Shown: positions 8,324 to 16,266 of the stretch, one piece after another | Layout of the letters: each line of letters opens with the position of its first letter | Position numbering within the stretch: the first letter of the stretch is position 1 | The notes under the pieces: generated by a model | The model's input: the letters and a program-made list of their open reading frames with translations, nothing else | Databases searched by the model: none | What the model was told of the DNA's origin: nothing | Position numbers and translations under genes: made by a program | Assembly: GCA_019120235.1 (NCBI GenBank) | Contig: DWVN01000037.1 | Location: 800-32,799 of the forward strand | DNA from: Candidatus Dwaynesavagella gallinarum | GTDB lineage: Bacteria; Bacillota; Clostridia; Clostridiales; Clostridiaceae | Length of the DNA stretch: 32,000 nt | Reading direction: 5' to 3'

Positions 8324-9391
8324 ATGGTAGTAGTTTCTTTAGATATGTTTTTAAATAATACGCAGGATACATTTGTTAAACATAAAAATGATAAATTTTG
8401 TTTAGTTAAAGGACACAGAAATTCAGGAAAAACAATTTCGATAATATTTAAAGCTTTATACTTAAAAAGAAACTATTGTTTCGAAAAAGAAGATAAAATA
8501 TTATTTTTAACATCAAAAGAAGAGTGTGGAAATGTTGCAGATATTTTTAATTACATAAATAGAAGTGATTTATATAAATCAATAATCCCATCAGATGATA
8601 TTGAAGTTCATGTTTTATCATATGAAGATCTTGTTTCATTAAAAATGGACAAGGTTTATGCTCATGTGATAATTGATAATATTGAAAAAATGGATGAAAA
8701 TAAGATAACATACGTGTTTTCACTTTTTAAAAATTGTTCTTATTCCAAAGTTTATTTTATACAAAATTCAATTGATAATATTGAAAATGTTTTAAGTATA
8801 CTGGAATGTTCAAGAAAATTAATAGGTGTACGTGAGGGAGTATTTAAATTTAGATATGTAATAGATAATGGAGATAGAGATGAGTTTACTCAAATAAGTA
8901 TGACCCCAGATATTAAGTATCTAAATTATACTTATAAAGAATATGTAGATTTTTGTACGAAGAAAATAAATGGTTATTACACAAAATGTAGAAATTTGTA
9001 TATAGATAAAGGTACATTTTTACATAATGTGACAAATGAAAGTTTAGATGTTTGTTTGTTAAATAGAGAGTTAAATATTAAAGGTTTTGTCAAAGTTTTT
9101 AAACAATGGATGAATTATAAAGAGGATTTGTGTTTTGTAGAAATAGATGATGAGGGTATGGGAAGATATGATTTATTTAGAGGAGATATTGTTTTGATTG
9201 ATAGGAGCTCTAATATAGAAAATAGTGATGTTGTTGTAATTTTAAAGAATGGATATATTTATGCTAGAAAATTTATTGAAGATGAAAATAAATTTAAATT
9301 CATTTCAAGTGAAAATATATTTAAAGAAATACGTATGGATGATGATGTTATTGTTTTGGGTAAGGTTTTAGGATATATAAGGGAATATTAA
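8324..9391 (+). CDS. P-loop NTPase (truncated UvrD/HelD-like N-terminal domain) fused to LexA/S24-like C-terminal domain
   Basis: Walker A GHRNSGKT near the N-terminus, weak Walker-B-like VIIDNIEKM; C-terminus FVEIDDEGMGRYDLFRGDIVLIDRSSNIENSDVVVILKNGYIYARKF...VIVLGKVLGYIREY has the layout of an S24/LexA fold. SD GGAAGG. Confidence 0.65.
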   Translation: MVVVSLDMFLNNTQDTFVKHKNDKFCLVKGHRNSGKTISIIFKALYLKRNYCFEKEDKILFLTSKEECGNVADIFNYINRSDLYKSIIPSDDIEVHVLSYEDLVSLKMDKVYAHVIIDNIEKMDENKITYVFSLFKNCSYSKVYFIQNSIDNIENVLSILECSRKLIGVREGVFKFRYVIDNGDRDEFTQISMTPDIKYLNYTYKEYVDFCTKKINGYYTKCRNLYIDKGTFLHNVTNESLDVCLLNRELNIKGFVKVFKQWMNYKEDLCFVEIDDEGMGRYDLFRGDIVLIDRSSNIENSDVVVILKNGYIYARKFIEDENKFKFISSENIFKEIRMDDDVIVLGKVLGYIREY

Positions 9392-9473
9392 ATTTAAATT
9401 TATTAATTTATATTAATATGTATTTAGTTGTGGTATAATTAAATAAAAAGTTTAGAAGTTTTGAGGTGATTTT

Positions 9474-9647
9474 ATGAAGTTATACAAATTAGGTTTATTG
9501 GCTTTGACTTTATCATTAGTGGCTACAGTTATTATTTTAGATAAGAAAAGAAATGCAGAATGTGATTTTGATTGTGCTGATGATTCAGATGAAAATGTAC
9601 AGGAAGAATCCTCAAATAATATAGTAGTTGAAGAGGCTACTATTTAA
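9474..9647 (+). CDS. Small membrane-anchored or secreted protein, 57 aa
   Basis: Not in the ORF track. MKLYKLGLLALTLSLVATVIILDKKRNAECDFDCADDSDENVQEESSNIIVVEEATI; SD TTGAGGTG upstream, N-terminal hydrophobic segment and acidic tail; extended -10 like TGGTATAAT at 9431..9439. Confidence 0.6.
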   Translation: MKLYKLGLLALTLSLVATVIILDKKRNAECDFDCADDSDENVQEESSNNIVVEEATI

Positions 9648-9724
9648 CTTTAAAATTTTAAATGATTTAATTTTTTAACTTTCTTAAATTTTTTAAGGAA
9701 GTTAAATTTTTTGTGAGGTGTTTT

Positions 9725-9910
9725 ATGGATTTATTAAAAATGGATAAAAATATGTTTTTAAGTATAGTTAATATGAAACTTAGAGATTCTTTTAGTGATA
9801 TAGAAGATTTGTGTTCTTATTTTTCTATAGAAGTAAATGAATTTTATGAAAAATTAAAGGAATTTAATTTAATTTATGATAGGGATGTGAATCAAATTAA
9901 AAATTTATAA
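9725..9910 (+). CDS. DUF4250-family small protein
   Basis: MDLLKMDKNMFLSIVNMKLRDSFSDIEDLCSYFSIEVNEFYEKLKEFNLIYDRDVNQIK resembles the DUF4250 pattern; SD GTGAGGTG. Confidence 0.65.
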   Translation: MDLLKMDKNMFLSIVNMKLRDSFSDIEDLCSYFSIEVNEFYEKLKEFNLIYDRDVNQIKNL

Positions 9911-9943
9911 TTATAAGAAAATTGTTTTCATAGGGGAAATTAT

Positions 9944-12169
9944 ATGAAGAAGAATTTAAAAATTACGGGAATGACATGTGCTGCATGTTCTTCATCTATT
10001 GAAAAAGCAATTTCAAGGAAGAAGGGAATTAAAAGTGCTATGGTTAATCTTTCAACAGAAAGGTTAACTGTAGAATTTGATGAAAATATTATTTTACTTG
10101 ATCAAATAGAGGAAATAATTTTAAAACTTGGATATGGAATTGATAAATCACAAAGTAGTAGTTATTTAGATAAAAATATTCATACAAAAAAAATATTGAT
10201 TAGATTTATAATTTCACTTATTTTCACTGTTCCACTTTTATATATATCCATGGGACATATGTTTTCATATGAGGTTGTTGATTTTTTAAATCATGAAAAA
10301 AATCCACTGAATTTTACTATAGCTCAGTTTATATTAGTTATACCAGTTTTAATTGTAGGTACTCCTTTTTTTAAAAAGGGACTAAAAAGTTTAATAAATT
10401 TTAAACCCAATATGGATTCATTGATTACTATTGGGACTATTTCTGCGTTTTTATATTCTCTTTATGAAAGTGTAAAAGTTATTAGTGGAAATCATGCTTC
10501 AGCCATGAATCTTTATTATGAATCTTCAGCCACTATACTTACTTTAATTACACTTGGAAAATATTTAGAAGAGGTTACTAAAGGAAAAACATCTAATTCT
10601 ATAAAAAAATTAATAGGTCTTTCACCTAAGACAGCACTAGTTGAACGTGATGGAGTTGAGGTGGAGATTAAAATTGAAGATGTTAAGGTTGGAGATATTT
10701 TAATTGTAAAGTCTGGGGAGAAATTTCCTGTAGATGGTGAAATAATTTATGGTTCTTGTTTGGTAGATGAATCTATGATTACAGGTGAAAGTATTCCTAT
10801 TTCAAAAAAAATAAATGATAAAGTAATAGGTGCTAGTATAAATAAAAACGGATTTGTAAAATATGTTTCAACAAAAATCGGTGAAGATACAATGTTATCT
10901 CAAATAATTAAACTTGTTGAAGAAGCTCAAAATTCAAAATCTAAAATTGCAAAGCTTGCAGATAAGGTATCATACTATTTTGTTCCAACAATAATTTTTA
11001 TAGCAATTGTTTCATTTTTGTTTTGGATATTTTATAAAAGAGATTTTGAATTTGCATTTACTATTTTTGTGTCTGTACTTGTTATAGCGTGTCCATGTGC
11101 TTTAGGACTTGCAACACCAACTTCTATTATGGTTTCAACAGGACTTGGAGCAGAAAATGGTATACTTATAAAATCAGGAGAAGCTCTTGAGATTGCTCAT
11201 AGAACTAATGTTGTTGTTTTAGATAAAACAGGAACTATAACTGAAGGAAAGCCTAAAGTTACGGATTTACTTATAAATAGTGATGTGTTTAATGATGAAA
11301 AAGAATTTTTAAGTTATGCAGTTAGTATTGAAAAGGGATCTGAGCATCCTTTAGGAGAAGCTATTTTAGAGTATGGTATTGAGAAAAAAGTAGATATTTT
11401 TGAAATTGAAGATTTTAAAAATATAGAAGGAATGGGTGTTTCAGCTTCAGTAAATTTTAAAAGAATATTACTTGGTAATAAAAAACTTTTAGATGAGAAT
11501 AATATAAACATCGGAGAGTTTAAAAATGTAAGTGATATTCTCGCTAATTCAGGTAAAACGCCAATGTATATGGTTGTGGATAATAAATTTGGTGGAATTA
11601 TAGCAGTTGCAGATACTGTTAAAGAAAACTCTAAGAAAGCTATAGAAAAATTAAAATCAATGGGAATAAAGGTTTTAATGCTTACTGGAGATAATAAAAA
11701 AACTGCTTTAAGTATTGGAAAAGAAGTTGGAATAGAAGAAGTTATAGCTGAGGTTTTACCTAAGGATAAATCTTTAGAAGTAAGTAAATTAAAAGATATT
11801 GGATATAAGGTTTGTATGGTAGGAGATGGTATAAATGATGCCCCAGCTCTTATGAATGCACATATAGGAATTGCTATAGGATCTGGTACTGATATTGCTA
11901 TAGAATCTGCATCAGTTATTTTAATGAAAAATGACTTGTTTGATATACCAAAGTTTTTCAAACTTTCAAAAAATACTATTAGAAATATTAAACAAAATTT
12001 ATTTTGGGCTTTTTTGTACAATGTAATCGGTATTCCTTTTGCTATGGGAGTATTTTATTTATTTGGAGGAAGTTTATTAAATCCAATGATAGCAGCACTT
12101 GCTATGAGTTTTAGTTCTGTATCGGTTATTTTAAATGCAATAAGGCTTAAATTTATAAAAATAAGTTAA
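9944..12169 (+). CDS. copA: Copper-translocating P1B-type ATPase
   Basis: N-terminal GMTCAACSSSI metal-binding motif, CPCALGLATPTS, DKTGTITEGKP, MVGDGINDAPAL. Confidence 0.95.
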   Translation: MKKNLKITGMTCAACSSSIEKAISRKKGIKSAMVNLSTERLTVEFDENIILLDQIEEIILKLGYGIDKSQSSSYLDKNIHTKKILIRFIISLIFTVPLLYISMGHMFSYEVVDFLNHEKNPLNFTIAQFILVIPVLIVGTPFFKKGLKSLINFKPNMDSLITIGTISAFLYSLYESVKVISGNHASAMNLYYESSATILTLITLGKYLEEVTKGKTSNSIKKLIGLSPKTALVERDGVEVEIKIEDVKVGDILIVKSGEKFPVDGEIIYGSCLVDESMITGESIPISKKINDKVIGASINKNGFVKYVSTKIGEDTMLSQIIKLVEEAQNSKSKIAKLADKVSYYFVPTIIFIAIVSFLFWIFYKRDFEFAFTIFVSVLVIACPCALGLATPTSIMVSTGLGAENGILIKSGEALEIAHRTNVVVLDKTGTITEGKPKVTDLLINSDVFNDEKEFLSYAVSIEKGSEHPLGEAILEYGIEKKVDIFEIEDFKNIEGMGVSASVNFKRILLGNKKLLDENNINIGEFKNVSDILANSGKTPMYMVVDNKFGGIIAVADTVKENSKKAIEKLKSMGIKVLMLTGDNKKTALSIGKEVGIEEVIAEVLPKDKSLEVSKLKDIGYKVCMVGDGINDAPALMNAHIGIAIGSGTDIAIESASVILMKNDLFDIPKFFKLSKNTIRNIKQNLFWAFLYNVIGIPFAMGVFYLFGGSLLNPMIAALAMSFSSVSVILNAIRLKFIKIS

Positions 12170-12188
12170 ATATTTTGGAGGGTTTAAT

Positions 12189-12710
12189 TTGAAATTTAAA
12201 TTCAGAAATCTATTTATAATTATTTTTAGCTGTTTTATTTTACTATCTTGTTTAAGTGGATATAATGGAAATTTAAAAAAGGTATCTTTAAATAGAGTAA
12301 TAGATGGAGATACAATAAAAGTTTCAATAGATGGTAAACTTGAAAATGTTAGGTTACTTCTTATAGATGCACCTGAGCTTAGAGGGAGTTATCCTTATTC
12401 AAGTGAAGCTAGAAAATTTTTAGAACGTAGACTTTCTGATGATGAATATGTTTATTTGGAGATGGATGGTAAAGAAAGAGATAACTATGGAAGACTTCTT
12501 GCTTATGTTTGGTATTATGATGGAGATAAACTTAAAATGTTAAATGAAGATGTCGTTGGTGAGGGCTTGGCACGTGTTGCGTATGTTTTTGAAGGTGCTA
12601 AACATTTAGAAATATTGAATTTAGCTCAGGAAAATGCTAAAGTTAAAGGTGAAAATATTTGGAGTATAGAAGGATATGTTACTGATAGCGGATTTAAAAA
12701 GCAAAATTGA
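12189..12710 (+). CDS. Staphylococcal-nuclease-like (thermonuclease) putative lipoprotein
   Basis: VIDGDTIKV, VRLLLIDAPELRG, ERDNYGRLLAYVW SNase signatures; N-terminal lipobox-like LLSC. Confidence 0.88.
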   Translation: MKFKFRNLFIIIFSCFILLSCLSGYNGNLKKVSLNRVIDGDTIKVSIDGKLENVRLLLIDAPELRGSYPYSSEARKFLERRLSDDEYVYLEMDGKERDNYGRLLAYVWYYDGDKLKMLNEDVVGEGLARVAYVFEGAKHLEILNLAQENAKVKGENIWSIEGYVTDSGFKKQN

Positions 12711-12729
12711 TTTTATAGGAGTATAGTTT

Positions 12730-12927
12730 ATGAAAAAAATATTTATAAGCGGTATGAACTGTAAGCATTGTGAAAGTAAAATAGAGAATGCTTTAAAAGA
12801 TATTGGTGCAAGTTTTATAGAAATTGATTTAGAAAATAAAATTGTAAATGTAGAAATTGATAAATCTAATGAAGAGATAATTGATGCAATAGGTGATTAC
12901 GGATTTGATGTAGATAAAATTGAATAG
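12730..12927 (+). CDS. copZ: Heavy-metal-associated domain protein / copper chaperone
   Basis: 65 aa HMA domain: MKKIFISGMNCKHCESKIENALKDIG...; downstream of copA. Confidence 0.88.
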   Translation: MKKIFISGMNCKHCESKIENALKDIGASFIEIDLENKIVNVEIDKSNEEIIDAIGDYGFDVDKIE

Positions 12928-12935
12928 AGATTTTT

Positions 12936-12986
12936 AAAACTGGCAAGTTTATGAGATTTTTCTTGTAAATTGTCAGTTTTTTTATA
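12936..12986 (+). terminator. Intrinsic terminator after copZ
   Basis: AAAACTGGCAAG...CTTGTAAATTGTCAGTTTTTTT imperfect long hairpin with T-tract. Confidence 0.7.
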
Positions 12987-13033
12987 TTTTATAACATATT
13001 TGATTAGTGTAAAATTAAATTAGGAGGGAATAT

Positions 13034-15238
13034 ATGGGGGATTATATAAAGACAAGGAAGTTTATTTATTTTTTAATTGGGTTTGTTTTAGTTATATTCT
13101 TTTTAATTGTGGGGATTCTTCAAATTTTTTTGAAAGATAAAGATGTGAAAATGGCTAATGGAACCATAAGTCAATTAAAAGAAAATACAAATTTAATTGA
13201 AAAAATTTATTTAGAATGGTGGAATTCTTCTTTAAATAAGGTTTCATCACAAGGGGTTAAAGATATTTATGAAATTAAAAATACTTATGAAAGTTTAAAT
13301 ATTATTGTTAAAGATAGAAATGTTTTAAGAGATGTAATTTTAAATGAAATAATAATAGATGGTACTCCACTTTTAAATTATGATTTTGAAGTTGTTGAAA
13401 CTAAAGATGGAAAAAGTATTTTTAAAATTCCAATTAGTGAATTTAGTGAAAATAACACAAATAAATTAACGGAAGTTATAACTGTCTATAATAGGTATGA
13501 TAATATTTTTTACAACATAGAAATTGATTCTTTTGAGTTTAGATTTAGTTTTTCAAAAGATTCTAATTTTTTATATTTGAATTTTGAAAATTACATATCA
13601 AATTTTTATGACAAAGAATTTAAAGTGGAAACTAGTTATTATAGCGATAATTCCCAAAATTTTATTTATAGTTTTGGTCATGTAAATAAGAATGTGAAAA
13701 TTCCTATTGTAAATAATTTGAAGGTTTCTTTAGAAAGTAAAGATGTGGATATTTTTTTCAAAGAAAATACTAGTTTCACTTTGTATAATAGGTTTGGAAA
13801 TCCTTTTATAACTATAGGAGTTTTAAATTCTTCAGAACTTAGGGTTATAAATAATTATAATTTGTCAAATGTATATGATATTGAGCTTAAGGATCAAGTA
13901 TTTGTGTTTGAATCGAATGAAGATAATATTTTTAAAATCAGCAAAAGAGAAGATAATTCTGTAGATATAATTAATTTAATTGATAATTACAAAATATATT
14001 TTGATGAAAATATGATGAAAACTTATAAACTTTATGAAGATGAAGGAGAAATTGATGATGAGAATTTAATTAACTTTAGAATTTATAGAGATTTAAGAGA
14101 TGGAAATTATGTTTTTGCTCCTAATAAAAGCATTGGTTTATACAGATTTTATGATTTTAAAGAAGATAAATTTTTATCTTATAACGAAGAAACAAATAAA
14201 TTTGTTGATAAAGAAATTGGAAGTAAATTTGTAATAACAAATGATAATAAAATTTTTGATATTTTAAATAGAGTTTTTTTAAAAAGAGATGAAGGAAATA
14301 ATAAAAATTATTTTTATATAGGGGATAGTAATTTTGAAAATGGACATGTTTTTGAATTTAATAATATGACATCCTCTTTATTTAAAAAAGTTAGTTATGA
14401 TGAAATACAAAAAGAAATAGTTTCTGGAAATTACATACAAGTTCTTTTGAAGAATAAAGAAACAGATGAATTTTTAAGTGTTGATTTAAAGTCATCTGAA
14501 GCTATAAATCAAACTTTATACAATGATTCTTATTTAAATATTAAGTTTAATTATAATAAAGGTGTTAGTGATTTAAGTAATTTTTTATTTGAAATACGTC
14601 CATATAATAATGAACTTACCAGTTTTAATTTATACAGCAAAGCTACGGGAACATCTTTAAATACTGATTATGGATTTTTAAATAATAAATTAATATTTGA
14701 TAAAAATAATGACAATAAAGTTAGATTTGTTCTTGAAAAAAATGATGGAAGAGATAATGAATTTAAAATAAAAGATGATTATGGAAGTTATCTAGCTTTT
14801 GATGAATCGGATAATTTTGCAAAGGTTACTTCATCTGGATTTTTGAAAAAGTTTTTTAATGTTGAAGATAATTTTGATGTTTTTGAAATTTACATGGTTG
14901 ATTTTGAAACTTTAGAGGATATAAATTCTGGGTTTTATATTTCCTTTTCTTCAAAGAAGCCTAAAGATGAAGTGTTTTTAAATAAAGTAACTTTAGAAGA
15001 TAAACACCAAAGTTTAAAGAGTATAGATGAGTATATTGTGCTTAAAAATAAGGAGTTTTTATTTTTAAGTGGAGATAATTTAATTGAAGATATGGTAGTT
15101 ACGACTAATTATGGAAATTTAAAAGGTATAGAAAAAACTCTTATTTCAATAAGAAATGAGGATCATTTAGGTTATAGATTTAGAATTTTAAATGGAATAA
15201 ACAATACAAAAGATATAGATTTTAAATTTCAAGATTAG
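13034..15238 (+). CDS. Large membrane-anchored/extracellular protein of unknown function, 734 aa
   Basis: SD TTAGGAGGG; N-terminal signal anchor FIYFLIGFVLVIFFLIVGILQIF; remainder hydrophilic and beta-rich with recurrent G-x-Y/F...FL(S/Y) segments. Confidence 0.75.
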   Translation: MGDYIKTRKFIYFLIGFVLVIFFLIVGILQIFLKDKDVKMANGTISQLKENTNLIEKIYLEWWNSSLNKVSSQGVKDIYEIKNTYESLNIIVKDRNVLRDVILNEIIIDGTPLLNYDFEVVETKDGKSIFKIPISEFSENNTNKLTEVITVYNRYDNIFYNIEIDSFEFRFSFSKDSNFLYLNFENYISNFYDKEFKVETSYYSDNSQNFIYSFGHVNKNVKIPIVNNLKVSLESKDVDIFFKENTSFTLYNRFGNPFITIGVLNSSELRVINNYNLSNVYDIELKDQVFVFESNEDNIFKISKREDNSVDIINLIDNYKIYFDENMMKTYKLYEDEGEIDDENLINFRIYRDLRDGNYVFAPNKSIGLYRFYDFKEDKFLSYNEETNKFVDKEIGSKFVITNDNKIFDILNRVFLKRDEGNNKNYFYIGDSNFENGHVFEFNNMTSSLFKKVSYDEIQKEIVSGNYIQVLLKNKETDEFLSVDLKSSEAINQTLYNDSYLNIKFNYNKGVSDLSNFLFEIRPYNNELTSFNLYSKATGTSLNTDYGFLNNKLIFDKNNDNKVRFVLEKNDGRDNEFKIKDDYGSYLAFDESDNFAKVTSSGFLKKFFNVEDNFDVFEIYMVDFETLEDINSGFYISFSSKKPKDEVFLNKVTLEDKHQSLKSIDEYIVLKNKEFLFLSGDNLIEDMVVTTNYGNLKGIEKTLISIRNEDHLGYRFRILNGINNTKDIDFKFQD

Positions 15239-15369
15239 AAAAAGTTACAATAAAGTTTAAAAAGTATTGTGTTTAAATGTAAATTATTATATAATATTAT
15301 TAATATATTGTGAATTTACATCATGGTTTTATAAATAAATTTTTTTTGTGTTTTTAGGAGGTGTGTATC

Positions 15370-15603
15370 GTGGGGTTTAATCCTGGTAATGGTGTTGGAC
15401 TTGGAAAAGTTTTACTTGGAGGAACTTTAGGTTTAGCAACAGTAATTGGTTTAAGTGTTGGACTTGGAATTGAAGGTAGTAAAAGAGCAGTTTATGATTC
15501 AAAAATTGATCAACTTAAAGATGAATTGAGGACAAATAGATTAATAGCAGATGATATAAATATAGATCCACCTGGTGGAAAAGGATTTATTAATTCTAGG
15601 TAA
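15370..15603 (+). CDS. Small Gly-rich membrane protein with basic/acidic tail (tandem family member 1)
   Basis: GTG start at 15370 with SD TAGGAGG; MGFNPGNGVGLGKVLLGGTLGLATVIGLSVGLGIEGSKRAVYDSKIDQLKDEL... Confidence 0.6.
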   Translation: MGFNPGNGVGLGKVLLGGTLGLATVIGLSVGLGIEGSKRAVYDSKIDQLKDELRTNRLIADDINIDPPGGKGFINSR

Positions 15604-15639
15604 GTAAATTGAATTTAAAGAAAAAGGAGGGGGAATTTT

Positions 15640-15858
15640 ATGAAATTGCGTTGGTTAGTTGTTGGAGGAACTGCAGCAACGATTTTAGGACTTACGGGAG
15701 GACTTATTGGAGTAGGTGTCGAGAATACTAATAAACCTAGTCAAATAAGTAGATTAAGTGATCAAATTAATGATACTATTTATCCACCTATTCCACTAGA
15801 GTCTAGAAGTTTACCAAGAACTGGGCCTTCATTACCTTCACCTGGATATGAAAACTAA
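15640..15858 (+). CDS. Small Gly-rich membrane protein (tandem family member 2)
   Basis: SD AGGAGGGGG; MKLRWLVVGGTAATILGLTGGLIGVGVENTNKPSQISRLSDQINDT... Confidence 0.6.
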   Translation: MKLRWLVVGGTAATILGLTGGLIGVGVENTNKPSQISRLSDQINDTIYPPIPLESRSLPRTGPSLPSPGYEN

Positions 15859-15928
15859 TATTTAAAATTTATATAAGTTTTAAGTGTTATAAGCGGATTA
15901 AATAGAGTTTTACATAGAAGAGGGTTTT

Positions 15929-16080
15929 ATGAATCGCTGAGTAATTGGTGGTTGTGTAGGAATAAGTTTATCATCGTTATAGTAGGAACTGTAGGATTAG
16001 ATCTTGCCTTTAAACTTAGTGATTACTCTAGAATAAAATCTAAGATAGATAGGTTAAGATGTGAGTTACTTCATAAATAA
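15929..16080 (+). pseudogene. Likely decayed third member of the small Gly-rich membrane ORF family
   Basis: SD AGAGGG then ATG AAT CGC TGA GTA ATT GGT GGT (MNR*VIGG..., cf. MKLRWLVVGG); a different frame (15952..16080, TTG start possible) reads MCRNKFIIVIVGTVGLDLAFKLSDYSRIKSKIDRLRCELLHK, similar to SKIDQLKDEL of member 1. Confidence 0.5.
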
Positions 16081-16192
16081 TTATCTTTGTTTTTATATAC
16101 GAATTGAAACTAAAATTATTTTTTTAAATTAATAGGAAGTGTACGTAATTGACAATTTTACTATATGAATTTATAATTTTAAAAAATGATTT

Positions 16193-16231
16193 AAAATACT
16201 TCACTTTAAATTTTAGAGTGAAGTATTTTTA
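16193..16231 (+). terminator. Intrinsic terminator upstream of ileS
   Basis: AAAATACTTCACTTTAA-ATT-TTAGAGTGAAGTATTTTT long hairpin with T-tract. Confidence 0.8.
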
Positions 16232-16266
16232 GTTTCTAGGGAGAAATTAATTTGTTGGAGGAGTTT

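Noticed and set aside
11314-12021. Antisense ORF of 235 aa opposite copA
   Set aside because: Fully contained in the well-supported copA; composition is a shadow translation of an AT-rich gene and has no SD-supported start or family similarity.
16081-16266. T-box riboswitch upstream of ileS
   Set aside because: Only an intrinsic terminator-like hairpin is present; I could not find the conserved T-box sequence or specifier-stem features. The leader is also too short between the terminator and the start codon.
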